Assembly (NCBI GenBank): GCA_038888155.1
Contig: JAWAJB010000002.1
Coordinates: 128,001 to 192,000, forward strand
Direction of reading: 5' to 3'
Length of the DNA stretch: 64,000 bases
Origin: Desulfurococcaceae archaeon
Lineage (GTDB): Archaea > Thermoproteota > Thermoprotei_A > Sulfolobales > Desulfurococcaceae
The notes under the pieces are model-generated. The model had not been told where the DNA came from and did not search any database. It saw only the letters and a list, made by a program, of their open reading frames with translations. The position numbers and the translations under genes are program-made. Shown here one piece after another: positions 39,517 to 50,219 of the stretch (position 1 is the stretch's first letter; each line of letters opens with the position of its first letter).

Positions 39517-40932
39517 TTAATGATCGGTCTTTATGTTTCTGTTTCTCTTCTTGGTTGCAACAATGAACTTTGATTTGTTCCACAGTTCCTCAATGTTCCT
39601 GGACCCGGCATAGCCGAGTCCTGCCTTAATTGCTTCGACCATTTCTCCAACTAACCCATATACACTGCCCCTGTATGGCACAAGACCCTCAACTCCCTCT
39701 GGAACCTTCTTATTAACTCTTGAATACCTATCAACAGCGAAACGCCTTTCCATAGCGCCCCGGCTAGCCATCCCTCTATACGGTTTATACGCGTTTTCTC
39801 CAATATTTATGAACGGAACGGGGGCTTCATCTGTTCCAGCTAGCATATAGCCGAGCATAACGCTACTCGCTCCAACAGAGAGGGCCTTCACTATATCTCC
39901 CGTCCCTCTAATTCCTCCGTCTGCTATTACAGGGATTCTGGCGTTGTTTTTCTTCAACGCGTCCTTTACAGATGCCACAGCCCAAAGGGTAGGGGAGTAA
40001 GCTCCAGTTATCTCGGGAGTAGTACATATCGATCCTCCCCCTATTCCTACTCTAAAGCCATCCACCCTCTCTACAATAGATAGCGAGTCTTCAACGGCTT
40101 GTTCAGAACCAATATTTCCTGCGACAAAATCGATCGAGGTTTCAGATACTACTTTCTTAGCATTTTTTAAAACTTCAACGTTGTGGAAGTGGGCAACATC
40201 TGAAACTATAGCATCAACGTACTTATCTAGAACTTTAGCGCGCTCTACATCAAAAGGTGAAATAGCGGCTGCTACAATTAATCTTCCCATGTTATCTAGG
40301 ACAGGCATGTACTCTTCTATAACGTCACTGTATACTAGTGTGCCTAGGTATTCACCACTTCGCGACACTATAGCAAGACTGTCATACTTACCTTTAATTA
40401 TGTTTTGAGAGGCCTCTCCTATCTCGGAGACCCTAAACGACTTACCCGGTGCGACGTAGTTCTTTATCGGTGTAGTAAAGTTACGGCATTCACTTAAGTT
40501 CTCTATATGTATGTACCCAACGGGAAATCCTTTATCAATTACAGGCAAATTCCTCAGTGCCATCTTCCTTAAAATTTCCACGGCCCTAATACAAGGCTCA
40601 TCGATATCTGCGTACAGCCATCTGAGTTTAATTGGAGGGTATTCCTTTACTTTTTTTGCAATCTCGAGTTGTCTCTCGCGCTCCATGTTTCTGTGAATAA
40701 CTCCTATACCACCCAAAAGCGCCATCGCAACAGCCATATCAAGCTCTGTAATAGTATCCATTGGCGAGGAAACTAGGGGAATCTTTAGAGGTATGCTAGT
40801 TGTAAACATTGTTGTTAAATCTACTTGGCTCGGCTCAATTGGAGATAGTGATGGCAAGATGTATATATCGTCAAACGATGGAACTTTAATAGCTTCTTCA
40901 ATTTTCTCTTTAAACAAGGTCAATTCACCCAA
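39517..40932 (-). CDS. guaB: IMP dehydrogenase
   Basis: SSPMDT, GIGGGSICTT catalytic Cys, ADGG, YRGMAS, PEGVEG. Confidence 0.93.
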   Translation of the reverse strand: MGELTLFKEKIEEAIKVPSFDDIYILPSLSPIEPSQVDLTTMFTTSIPLKIPLVSSPMDTITELDMAVAMALLGGIGVIHRNMERERQLEIAKKVKEYPPIKLRWLYADIDEPCIRAVEILRKMALRNLPVIDKGFPVGYIHIENLSECRNFTTPIKNYVAPGKSFRVSEIGEASQNIIKGKYDSLAIVSRSGEYLGTLVYSDVIEEYMPVLDNMGRLIVAAAISPFDVERAKVLDKYVDAIVSDVAHFHNVEVLKNAKKVVSETSIDFVAGNIGSEQAVEDSLSIVERVDGFRVGIGGGSICTTPEITGAYSPTLWAVASVKDALKKNNARIPVIADGGIRGTGDIVKALSVGASSVMLGYMLAGTDEAPVPFINIGENAYKPYRGMASRGAMERRFAVDRYSRVNKKVPEGVEGLVPYRGSVYGLVGEMVEAIKAGLGYAGSRNIEELWNKSKFIVATKKRNRNIKTDH

Positions 40933-41169
40933 TGATCTCCTAGGTGAAATGTATTGTAATATAAAAATTCAAAGTCCCTTTTATTGTTGTATTCTTTAAA
41001 GCCTACGACACACTCGACAAATTACCAGCTAGAAGACTGCATCGTTTTAGGGGATTTTTGCCCCATTTATACAAGAACATAGTTTGTTGAAGTTAACAAC
41101 CAGATCATGCTTTTAAACTTTTTATCAATCTTTCTAAATCAATAAACAAAAATTTTCCTGTACTCCCTT

Positions 41170-41964
41170 TCACAATGCGGGGTTGGGCTCCTCTGTGTAA
41201 TAATCCTCGCCACCAGCGATTACTCGCTGGATAGCAGCGTATAGATCATCAAAGCCTTCGCTGGTTTTATTAGACACGGGGATTGTAGTGAACACAGACA
41301 ATTTTTCTAGTATATTAAACACCTCGTCAATGTCCCACATTAGCCCTGAATCTTTTTCACTGGTAATGCTCGTTGCCAGCTGTGCTGGATCCTCTAGCAT
41401 TTCAAGGATCTCATCTAGTTTGCTTGGTTGCAGTAAATCAATTTTTGAGATCACGTTCAATAAGGGCATTTTTAACCTAATGTGCGTAGATGCTGCCAGC
41501 AGTAATGCAGAGAATAGGTTAGAATAACTGGTCATATACGTTGAATCAATAAGAAACAAGGAAACCGATTTGGCATCGCTAATTATGGCCTTCAGCACTA
41601 TAGGACCCGTTTGCCTAAAAGCAAAAAGCTCCATTTGACCGGGAGTATCTACTACTACATAGTTGGCTTTATAGCTCCAGACCTCTTCTTTAACCTCTTC
41701 GATATTTGTGAGGAGAAGGTCTATCGAGGCTATTAAAGCTCCATTCGGTCCCAAACCCGTCTTTCTGACAACTTCTCTAATGTCTACGTAATCCCTTACA
41801 TCGACATCTGGCTCATAGGGTAGCTCTTCAACTGCTGGATCAAGATTAACTAGTATAGCATCGAGTTGATGGCTCATTAAGTAAGTATGGAGCATGCTTG
41901 AAAGGGAAGTTTTCCCGCTTCCAGCGGTGCCTAAAACTACAATAAAGTAGGGCATTTTATTCAC
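41170..41964 (-). CDS. GPN-loop GTPase
   Basis: GTAGSGKT, NLDPA, GPNG, DTPGQME. Confidence 0.92.
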   Translation of the reverse strand: MNKMPYFIVVLGTAGSGKTSLSSMLHTYLMSHQLDAILVNLDPAVEELPYEPDVDVRDYVDIREVVRKTGLGPNGALIASIDLLLTNIEEVKEEVWSYKANYVVVDTPGQMELFAFRQTGPIVLKAIISDAKSVSLFLIDSTYMTSYSNLFSALLLAASTHIRLKMPLLNVISKIDLLQPSKLDEILEMLEDPAQLATSITSEKDSGLMWDIDEVFNILEKLSVFTTIPVSNKTSEGFDDLYAAIQRVIAGGEDYYTEEPNPAL

Positions 41965-43049
41965 AGAAATAGACTTTTATATCTCCTACCTTGGAACGAA
42001 CCACGAAAGTTTAGCCTGTAACCGCAGCTGATGCACGTGAAATCTTCTTTTAGGTTCCACTTAAAAATAAAGAAGCCTCTCCTTTCAACTGCAAGGTTAC
42101 CGCACTTAGGACAATAAGTATTCTCGAGGGGATGTCCCCACAAATTTCCAATATAGACGTGCTTTAGGCCCTCTTCAAAAGCTACTTTTGCCAATCTCTC
42201 TAGAGTTTCGATAGGCGTTGCTGGAATCTCTTGGAGCATATAGTCTGGGTGAAATCTTAGCAGGTGTAGTGGCGTTTCTTCGCCAAGGTTTTCAACCATC
42301 CATCTCGCAAGATTCTTAACATCTTCCACTCTGTCACCAATTTCAGGTACTACTAGGTTCGTTATCTCAATCCACCAATCTTCTCTCTTCATTGCAATTA
42401 AGCTATCAAATATTGGGGCAGGGTCAGGCACCCCCATGTACTTTGCATAGAAATGCTTGTTTCCTCCTCCCTTAAAGTCCACAGTAGCTGCATCTACGAG
42501 GCCTCGTAGCTCTCTTATGCCCTCGGGGGTTATGTAGCCGTTGGTAACCATAGTGTTAAATAAACCATTTTTCTTAGCCAACGCGGCAACATCGTACATG
42601 AACTCGAAGAAAATAGTTGGTTCATTGTAACTGTAAGAAATCCCCTGGCACCCACTATGTTTTGCCTGATCTATTACGTCTTCAGGCTCGTATGGCTCTC
42701 CAAATACATTATTTTGTCTACTCTGGCTCAAAACCCAATTATCGCAAAACTTACAATAGAAGTTACAACCTGATGTCGAAATTGTGAAAACGGATGCCCC
42801 TGGATTAAAGTGCATTAATGGCTTTTTCTCGATTGGATCTGCATTGGCAGCCGTAAGTATACCATATACTAGAGTATACAAGTCACCATTATGATTGTAT
42901 CTTACTCCGCACGCCCCAAAAGAGCCAGGCTCTACAATACATCTGCGGTAGCAGAGATTACATCTTGCCCTTCCGTCTTGGCTCCTTACCCAAATTCTAC
43001 CTGGTAGAACGCCGGGCCTTTTAGGATCAAAAGCTACAGGGTTATACAT
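41961..43049 (-). CDS. AmmeMemoRadiSam-system radical SAM enzyme
   Basis: DPIEKKPL, GCNFYCKFC, YNEP, RFHPDY, C-terminal Zn ribbon. Confidence 0.88.
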   Translation of the reverse strand: MYNPVAFDPKRPGVLPGRIWVRSQDGRARCNLCYRRCIVEPGSFGACGVRYNHNGDLYTLVYGILTAANADPIEKKPLMHFNPGASVFTISTSGCNFYCKFCDNWVLSQSRQNNVFGEPYEPEDVIDQAKHSGCQGISYSYNEPTIFFEFMYDVAALAKKNGLFNTMVTNGYITPEGIRELRGLVDAATVDFKGGGNKHFYAKYMGVPDPAPIFDSLIAMKREDWWIEITNLVVPEIGDRVEDVKNLARWMVENLGEETPLHLLRFHPDYMLQEIPATPIETLERLAKVAFEEGLKHVYIGNLWGHPLENTYCPKCGNLAVERRGFFIFKWNLKEDFTCISCGYRLNFRGSFQGRRYKSLFL

Positions 43050-43112
43050 TGATTTATCCCACGCCTTAATTACCCAACATTTTAATTTCTATAACTCACT
43101 AATATCTTTGGG

Positions 43113-44024
43113 GTGATTTATTTGGCCTTCGTTGTAGGCGTTCCTGGCTACTGGCTCGCCAAGGAGGTAGCTAATTTGTCAGGTTACTACTTTATTAATA
43201 GTCAAGAAAAGGAATTCCCGGACGGCGAGCTATATATTAGAGTCACCGAGCCGGATAAAATACATGATAATGATGGATTGATTGTCTCAACTTTTTACCC
43301 ATCTCAGGATAAAATGTTTTTAAAGACTCTTCTGCTAGTTAACGCCGTAAAGAACAGTGGTGCAAAAAAGGTATCAGCCCTTATACCCTATCTTGCCTAC
43401 TCCAGGCAGGATAAGGCATTTATGCCTGGAGAGCCTATATCATCTTGTGTAATTGTAGAATCCCTCAAGGCAGTTGGTGTGGACGTCCTGGTAACTGTTG
43501 ATGTTCACAGCCCTCGTGTGTTAGAGTGCTTCAAAGGCAACTCTATAAACGTAATTGTCTCAGACATTCTTATTAGGCGAGCTATGAGCAGCCTTGAAAA
43601 CCCTGTTGTTATTGCGCCAGATAGGGGAGCAATCGAGCGAGTTTCTTTTGCAGCTAATGCTTATGGGTTAGAATACGATTACTTAATTAAACAGAGGGAT
43701 AGAATAACGGGCGAGGTTACTTACACTCCTAAGGAGCTAAGCGTCAAGAAAAGGGATATCATAATGGTTGATGACATTATAAGTACAGGTGGCACAATAG
43801 CTGAATCGGCCAAGATTCTCCTGAGAAACGGAGCTAGAAGAATCATCGTTGTAGCAACTCACGGCTTGCTCGTCGGAAACGCGTTAGAAAGGCTTGAGTC
43901 TGCGGGAGTCCAGAAAGTAATTTTGGCCGATACACTAGGGATGAGGCACGTGCACTTCCTAGTGGATTATGTGAACATAACTCAGAGAATTGTAGATGAA
44001 TTAAAAAGAGCACTTAACTATTAA
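43113..44024 (+). CDS. prs: Ribose-phosphate pyrophosphokinase
   Basis: FPDGE, YSRQDK, VDDIISTGGT; likely TTG start at 43122. Confidence 0.93.
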   Translation: MIYLAFVVGVPGYWLAKEVANLSGYYFINSQEKEFPDGELYIRVTEPDKIHDNDGLIVSTFYPSQDKMFLKTLLLVNAVKNSGAKKVSALIPYLAYSRQDKAFMPGEPISSCVIVESLKAVGVDVLVTVDVHSPRVLECFKGNSINVIVSDILIRRAMSSLENPVVIAPDRGAIERVSFAANAYGLEYDYLIKQRDRITGEVTYTPKELSVKKRDIIMVDDIISTGGTIAESAKILLRNGARRIIVVATHGLLVGNALERLESAGVQKVILADTLGMRHVHFLVDYVNITQRIVDELKRALNY

Positions 44025-44086
44025 ATTATTAATAATTAATCATAATAAAATTTAAAAGTACGAGCTTCACACGAAATATAGATTCT

Positions 44087-45115
44087 ATGTTGGGAATAAT
44101 CTTTACACACTTGTGCGATTTAAATAGGTGTCAATTATTGAAAGTATACTATGTATTGAGTGGCAGTAATGAGCACCTTGCACAAGGCGAGTTGAGGGCT
44201 CTACTCGACGTATACGACCCAAATTCTAAGCTAGAGTGCTATACAATGGTATGTACGTCTACAACTGGTATTGACGTGGCCTCAAGAATTATTAAAAGGG
44301 CAGGATTCGTAAAGGAAGCAGGCATTTTGCTTGACATCAAAGAGGCTTACCTCCCATCAGAGGCTAGATTTGCAGGGGAAATCTTCGAGGATAGAGAAGT
44401 TCAAGTCACTGTAAATAAATCAACAGTTAGTGAAAAAGCCGTAAAAGCGTTCCTCGAGGAGGCCAGATTGAGAAAGAGAATTTACGGAGATTGCAATCGA
44501 AGGCTTATTTTCTCTGAAGGGCTCGTCTTCATTGGCGTGAAAAAGCTCGTGTATAACTCCAAAATTAAGTCTATGTTTTCTAGGATAAAGCCTTTTAATA
44601 GAAGTGCCGCAATTCCACCAGACATCGCACAGGCATTGGTTAATCTATCGAGGGTACATGAGAGGGATATAGTAGTCGATCCATTCGCAGGAACTGGCAG
44701 CATTCTACTCGTTGCGTGGCTAATGGGTATTAGGGGGATTGGTGTTGATATCGATTGGAACCTTGTTAATGGAATGAAGACCAATTTGGAATTCATTAAA
44801 GCTAATAGCTTGGCTATCTGCGGCGACTCCCAACAACTCTCCTACAGGGAGATAGAACATATAGCCACCGATTTACCATATGGAAGAAGTGCGGGCACTC
44901 ATGGATCCGAAATAAGAGCTCTTTACAAATCCTTTATGAATAAATTAGACGAGTACATGGGAGAGGGAGGATATGCCTGCTTTATGGCACCTCACTGGCT
45001 TGAGGACTACATTGACGAACTCGTTAGCTCTCATAGTTTAAAGTTAAAAAACAGATATTACGACTATGTTCATGGATCACTGACAAGGGTCATCAATGTG
45101 GTGTCGAGGCATTGA
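44087..45115 (+). CDS. tRNA (guanine-10) N2-methyltransferase (Trm11/TrmG10-like)
   Basis: DPFAGTGS, GVDID, TDLPYG, YVHGSLTR; start probably further downstream. Confidence 0.8.
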   Translation: MLGIIFTHLCDLNRCQLLKVYYVLSGSNEHLAQGELRALLDVYDPNSKLECYTMVCTSTTGIDVASRIIKRAGFVKEAGILLDIKEAYLPSEARFAGEIFEDREVQVTVNKSTVSEKAVKAFLEEARLRKRIYGDCNRRLIFSEGLVFIGVKKLVYNSKIKSMFSRIKPFNRSAAIPPDIAQALVNLSRVHERDIVVDPFAGTGSILLVAWLMGIRGIGVDIDWNLVNGMKTNLEFIKANSLAICGDSQQLSYREIEHIATDLPYGRSAGTHGSEIRALYKSFMNKLDEYMGEGGYACFMAPHWLEDYIDELVSSHSLKLKNRYYDYVHGSLTRVINVVSRH

Positions 45116-45861
45116 ATGCTCGAATACACTTTCTCGGAACAGGCGCAGCTATGCCAATAAAAAGGTCTTTGCCGTGCATTGTAATAAAGGTAAATTCGGA
45201 CCTATACGTACTTGATCCAGGTGAAGGATGTCAATATAGGATGTTCAAGAGGGGACTTAGTCCACTAAAGATAAAAGCCATATTCATTTCCCACGGTCAC
45301 GGAGATCACTACCTCGGGATGCCAGGACTAATACAGACAATGACTCTATCGGAAAGAAAAGATCAATTGATGATAGCTTTCCCGACTTCGTTAAAGCAAT
45401 CATTACAGAATTTCGTCTTGTCGGGCTTAATAAAACCTTGCTTTAAGCTAGAGCTGGCCGAGGTGAATAGCTCCTTTACTTATGCCGATCAAAAAATACA
45501 AGCTAAGGCATTTCCTGTAGATCATGGAGTAGAGGCCTATGGATATTGGTTCTCAATAGGAAAGAAAACAATTTGTTATTCGGGAGATACTGCTCCGACC
45601 CAAAGCGTAGTAGAGAACTGTCGAGGGGTAGATATTTTAATACATGAAGCTACTTTTACAAATGTGTATGAAAAAGAGGCATATGAACAAAAGCACTCCA
45701 CTGCCGGTAGCGCTGCAAGAACAGCTGCACTATCTGGGGCTAAAATGCTGATACTAGTGCACATGAGCGCAAGACACGAGAATGGCGAGATTTTTTTTGA
45801 TGCATATAGATTTTACAGAAACACAGTTGTTGCAAACGATGAAATGATAGTCATATTGTAG
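45112..45861 (+). CDS. rnz: Ribonuclease Z
   Basis: LGTG, HGHGDH, SGDT, HEATF, HST. Confidence 0.9.
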   Translation: MNARIHFLGTGAAMPIKRSLPCIVIKVNSDLYVLDPGEGCQYRMFKRGLSPLKIKAIFISHGHGDHYLGMPGLIQTMTLSERKDQLMIAFPTSLKQSLQNFVLSGLIKPCFKLELAEVNSSFTYADQKIQAKAFPVDHGVEAYGYWFSIGKKTICYSGDTAPTQSVVENCRGVDILIHEATFTNVYEKEAYEQKHSTAGSAARTAALSGAKMLILVHMSARHENGEIFFDAYRFYRNTVVANDEMIVIL

Positions 45862-45872
45862 CGTTGAAACAG

Positions 45873-46277
45873 TTAATCCCTTTCACTGGTTAGGTAGTCG
45901 ATTAGCTTTTCAAGTTCTTCTGGCCTTCCTCTAGCCTCGATCTTTATTGGTCCTAGCGGAGACTCCTTCTCGCTGTCTATTAGCGAAATCTTATCGGCAA
46001 AAGCAGCTTGTTTGTGAAGTAAAAGGGTTAATTCGCCATTTGAAATGTGCTTATACGAGTAGTTTCGCACTGCAGGCCCTATCTGCTGAGCCTTTATTTT
46101 TCTTCTAAAGGGCTCCAAACAATCCATGACTTGACATTTAATTCTTACTAGCTTAAAGCCGCTGAAGATCTCTTCGATTTCAATATTTTCGAGAAAAACT
46201 AAATTCGCCAAGGCCCTCTTTACTTTATCCACAGACTCTGTTGGCTTTACATGGGTTTCAACAATGATCTCCACCAT
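45873..46277 (-). CDS. DUF54/UPF0201 RNA-binding family protein
   Basis: PTESVDKV, LHKQAAF, ESPLGPI. Confidence 0.85.
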   Translation of the reverse strand: MVEIIVETHVKPTESVDKVKRALANLVFLENIEIEEIFSGFKLVRIKCQVMDCLEPFRRKIKAQQIGPAVRNYSYKHISNGELTLLLHKQAAFADKISLIDSEKESPLGPIKIEARGRPEELEKLIDYLTSERD

Positions 46278-46842
46278 TATCTTTCACCAACTTGGATGAT
46301 ATATCACTTAAAATAGACCTCATTACGATTTTTGCTTCGTCTATAGTACCCTCGTTAACAATCATGTAATCGGCAAGGGCTATAACGTTTCCCAAACCGT
46401 AGCCTAGTTCGATTAAGTCTCTGCTAGAAAATTCTTCATATGTTGACGGATCCCCAGGCCTTTTTCTTTCTAATAGTCGCTTAAATCTTGTCCTAGGAGA
46501 CGCGTGTACAGCTATTACAACAGTCTCACCGCGCGCCCTAAAGGCCTCTACTTCTCCTAGGCTTCTCACACCATCTATAAGTACAACACTGTGTTGACCT
46601 TCAATTTTTGATAAAGTTCTCAGCGCTATTATATCATCCCCCCACTCTCTGCGCAGATCTACCGAAGTCCCAACCATTAAATCGGGTGTTATCTTGCCAA
46701 ACCTCTTCAAGGTCTCTTCTCTAACAACATCGCCCATCGTGTAAACAGGTATCCCCATCTCTCTCGCTACCTCGGTTAAAATACTTTTGCCTGCCCCCGG
46801 CATGCCCGCAACAAGTAAATAAAGATTAGCCATGGGTCCCAC
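46258..46842 (-). CDS. UPF0200 P-loop kinase (dephospho-CoA-kinase-like)
   Basis: GMPGAGKS, MGDVVR, DGVRS, ADYMIVNE. Confidence 0.85.
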   Translation of the reverse strand: MGPMANLYLLVAGMPGAGKSILTEVAREMGIPVYTMGDVVREETLKRFGKITPDLMVGTSVDLRREWGDDIIALRTLSKIEGQHSVVLIDGVRSLGEVEAFRARGETVVIAVHASPRTRFKRLLERKRPGDPSTYEEFSSRDLIELGYGLGNVIALADYMIVNEGTIDEAKIVMRSILSDISSKLVKDNGGDHC

Positions 46843-46979
46843 AGAAGGTCTATCCTGCAGACAAAATTCATATTATCGCTTAAATAAGATAAGTTTTCAT
46901 TATTTTACTTGTAAGTGCGCAGTAGTCAGGGAATTACTGCGGGTGGGTTGAGCTCGAAGCATCATCATCGGTGAAGCAT

Positions 46980-47546
46980 ATGAGTGAGCTTATAAGGACA
47001 TTTATAGCTATTGAAGTCGAAAATAGGGAAGTCTTAGAGAAGCTCGTCGAGGTTAGAAATCAACTACTGGAATCGGGAGCTGATATTAAACCTGTAGAAG
47101 ATAAGAACATTCACTTGACAATCAAGTTCATAGGTGAAGTACCTCAGAGCACTGTAGAGCTACTGTGTAGCGAAATATCTAAGATAAAGTACCCGCGATT
47201 CTATATACATATTAAAGGTATAGGCGCTTTCCCGACCGAATATCGCCCGAGGGTTATATGGGCTGGTGTAGAGGAGGGATCAGATAAGGTTGTCGATCTT
47301 TTCAAAGTTGTTGACTCGATCGCACGAAAAATTAAAATTACGGGTGAAAAGGAGGAGTTCACACCGCATATAACCATAGCTAGAGTGAAAACCTCGAAGA
47401 ACGTAAACAGGCTAGTTGCCAAACTAAGAGATCTTGCGAATGTGGATTTCGGTAATAGTAATGTAAGCGGCATACACGTTAAAAGAAGCGTACTAACTCC
47501 AAGTGGACCAATCTATAGCAACTTGTGTAGTGTCTATTTCTCGTAG
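46980..47546 (+). CDS. thpR: RNA 2',3'-cyclic phosphodiesterase
   Basis: HLTIKF and HITIAR 2H motifs; RTFIAI. Confidence 0.92.
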   Translation: MSELIRTFIAIEVENREVLEKLVEVRNQLLESGADIKPVEDKNIHLTIKFIGEVPQSTVELLCSEISKIKYPRFYIHIKGIGAFPTEYRPRVIWAGVEEGSDKVVDLFKVVDSIARKIKITGEKEEFTPHITIARVKTSKNVNRLVAKLRDLANVDFGNSNVSGIHVKRSVLTPSGPIYSNLCSVYFS

Positions 47547-47549
47547 AAT

Positions 47550-48971
47550 ATGTGGTCAAGGATGCACAGTCTAAGCGATTTAGAGCGGCAAATTTTAATG
47601 AAAATCAAGCCCTCTCACGATGAGTATAGGCTCATACTAGGCAGTTTTGAAAAAATATCTGATGTTATTAAGGCAGTACTCGCCGAGAATAACATCAGCG
47701 CCGAAGTAACTTTACAAGGTAGCGTCGCACACGATACATGGCTCTCCGGGGACTGGGATCTGGACATCTTCGTTCTTTTCCCGGAGAAATGGACACGCGA
47801 AGACATCGAGAAAGAAGGATTTCGACTGCTTCTAGAATCAGCCAAGAGGATTGGAAATTATGAACTTAGGTATGCCGAGCATCCCTATATACGAGTAAAA
47901 CTTGGAAAAGTAGAAGCAGATTTAGTCCCCGCGCTAAATTTAAGCGATCTATCTGCAACAAAAACTTCTGTTGACAGAACGCCATTTCACACAAAGTACA
48001 TAAATGCAACACTAAGTGACGAACAGAAAGATCATGTTAGATTACTTAAGAAATTTATGAAGGCAATTGGTGTATATGGGGCCGAAGTTAAAACACATGG
48101 TTTTAGCGGATATGCAGTAGAGCTTTTAATTGGTGTATATGGAGACTTTAAATCAACTCTAAAAGAGGCATCTACGTGGCAACCTCCCATCTTTATAAAT
48201 ACCATGGGCGAAAGTTTCACTAAGGAAATTAAAGACTTACTTTTGTCAAGATATCCAGACTCATACATCTACATGCCAGATCCAGTTGATCCAAGGAGAA
48301 ATCTTGGAGCTAGTGTAAGTTTGAAAAGTTTGGCAACCTTTATCCTTGCTTCATGGTGCTATATGAGAAACCCAAGTGTAGAGTTTTTTGTGGAGACAAT
48401 AGAGCCCTCATTGGAAGATCTTGTCAATATTTTAGATAAGCGGTGCATTTTATTCGTCATATACGAACTACCTGAAGCTTTGCCTCCAGATGTAATATGG
48501 GGCGAAATCCAAAGAGTTTCGTCCAGGCTGTCCAACTACCTAGAAATATTTGGGCTAAACGTGGTCGATCATTCTGTTTGGAGTAATGGCAAAGATATAG
48601 CAATAATAGGAATTGAATTAGAGAGCTGTTGGTTGAGTAGCTACAAACTTTACAGGGGACCTTGCATATCTCACGAAAAGGAGAGGATAACGAACTTCAT
48701 CCAAGCACATCTCGGAAAGGGTTACGGACCTTGGATCGATAGGGATGGATGTTTAAGTTCGTTAGATAGACGTAGGTATACTGATGCAGTCGAGTTAATT
48801 ACTTCAAGGTGGAAGGATTACAGCGTTTCTCCTCACTTAAAGAACTTAAAGCCCACAGTAGAGGTGGCAAGTAAAGATGTAGTAATAGACTTATTAATGA
48901 AGGGTGCAGGTGCATGGCTTTCAGAGTTCGCTTCGAAGATGCCGAAGTGGATGGAGAAGTGCATTTCTTAG
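47550..48971 (+). CDS. cca: CCA-adding enzyme (class I)
   Basis: GSVAHDTW..DWDLD, YAEHPY, VDRTPFH, GFSGY, DPVDP. Confidence 0.95.
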   Translation: MWSRMHSLSDLERQILMKIKPSHDEYRLILGSFEKISDVIKAVLAENNISAEVTLQGSVAHDTWLSGDWDLDIFVLFPEKWTREDIEKEGFRLLLESAKRIGNYELRYAEHPYIRVKLGKVEADLVPALNLSDLSATKTSVDRTPFHTKYINATLSDEQKDHVRLLKKFMKAIGVYGAEVKTHGFSGYAVELLIGVYGDFKSTLKEASTWQPPIFINTMGESFTKEIKDLLLSRYPDSYIYMPDPVDPRRNLGASVSLKSLATFILASWCYMRNPSVEFFVETIEPSLEDLVNILDKRCILFVIYELPEALPPDVIWGEIQRVSSRLSNYLEIFGLNVVDHSVWSNGKDIAIIGIELESCWLSSYKLYRGPCISHEKERITNFIQAHLGKGYGPWIDRDGCLSSLDRRRYTDAVELITSRWKDYSVSPHLKNLKPTVEVASKDVVIDLLMKGAGAWLSEFASKMPKWMEKCIS

Positions 48972-49723
48972 GTGGTGAAGACTCTTTTATACAACAAGTG
49001 TTATGTTACCCTAGAGCACAATGCGTAGAAGCAGAGGATAGAATCGAAGCTCTAAAAAGCGACGGATTTGAATACTTAATCGAAAGTGGTAAAAATATAT
49101 GTGGTTTAAGGGTCCTTGGGAGAGGCTACAGGGCCATCGTTGTTCTAGCTTACCATAAAAGACATGGGTTGGGCTCGTTAAAAATATTGCGACTTGATAG
49201 CACAAAGAGTAACTTATTGGAAGAAGTCAATATGATGAATAGAGCTCAGCCATTTCAGTTGCCGCCAAAGCTTTACTCTTATGGTGATTTCTACATATTC
49301 TCAGAACTTATACCAGTTCAAAAGTGTAGAGAGTTCTCAAAGGCTCTTCAAAATTTAATCAAATCCTCCAATGAAAAGGAACTAATCAAGTTACTCAAAA
49401 GAACAACGGAATCACTCTACAAGTTAGATGTTGCTGGCATTAGTCACATGGAAATAAACAGACCCGATGGACACATATTCTGTTGTAGAGAAGATTTGAA
49501 AATAGTTGACTGGGGTAGCGCACGCTTAACAAAAAAGCCATCTAATCTAACTTCGCTTGTTTCATTTTTGTTATTTAGATTCGAGCTCTCCAACGATTTG
49601 GGGAGAATTCTGGGGTTTAACAAAGAGAAGGTAGTTGATGCTATGCGAGAATATAAGAGAAGTTATAATATCGAAGAATTTAGGAAGGTATTGGCGGCAC
49701 TACATCTCGATGAGACATCATAG
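48914..49723 (+). CDS. Ser/Thr protein kinase-like protein
   Basis: LGRGYRAIV, LKILR, HMEI, VDWGSA; follows cca. Confidence 0.75.
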   Translation: MAFRVRFEDAEVDGEVHFLGGEDSFIQQVLCYPRAQCVEAEDRIEALKSDGFEYLIESGKNICGLRVLGRGYRAIVVLAYHKRHGLGSLKILRLDSTKSNLLEEVNMMNRAQPFQLPPKLYSYGDFYIFSELIPVQKCREFSKALQNLIKSSNEKELIKLLKRTTESLYKLDVAGISHMEINRPDGHIFCCREDLKIVDWGSARLTKKPSNLTSLVSFLLFRFELSNDLGRILGFNKEKVVDAMREYKRSYNIEEFRKVLAALHLDETS

Positions 49724-49958
49724 GCGTTGGCAATGCTTTGCGAGCTTGTGGTTGTGGATGCCCGATTGATGTCTTTACAACTATAGTCTCCTTGAAGTTT
49801 CGCGATGGATTATCTAGTGTCTTTTTGCACGAAGGACAAATGTACCCTATAAGTTTCACGACCTCGATGGGCGTTGGTACACCAATGTAACTTTGACCAA
49901 CTCCCTTGAATTCGTAGAGTACTTGTCCACAGTGTTTACACTTATACCTTATAACCAA
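49680..49958 (-). CDS. Small Zn-ribbon hypothetical protein
   Basis: CKHCG...CPSC; TTG start (MVIRYKC) after GGGG. Confidence 0.7.
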   Translation of the reverse strand: MVIRYKCKHCGQVLYEFKGVGQSYIGVPTPIEVVKLIGYICPSCKKTLDNPSRNFKETIVVKTSIGHPQPQARKALPTPMMSHRDVVPPIPS

Positions 49959-50185
49959 AGAAATCCCCCTGACTTTTGCAAATAAGCATATGAATGATTT
50001 TGGGCTAAATTGTAGTATTGGTAATACATGTATTGACACAATTAAATGGGACCAAGTATAGTCGATTGGTGTTATTTAGATATTTACACATTGACATAAA
50101 GCATTATAGGGGGGAAGCTTTAAGTATAGGTAGGAATAGCCGAAAGTATTTTTGAATTCAGCATAGTGGAATATAATAGTTAAAC

Positions 50186-50193
50186 TTTTAAAT
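50186..50193 (+). promoter_or_regulatory. TATA box candidate for tRNA-Pro
   Basis: TTTTAAAT about 30 bp upstream of the tRNA. Confidence 0.5.
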
Positions 50194-50219
50194 TGCCCCG
50201 AGAATACCTAAAAGCGCTG

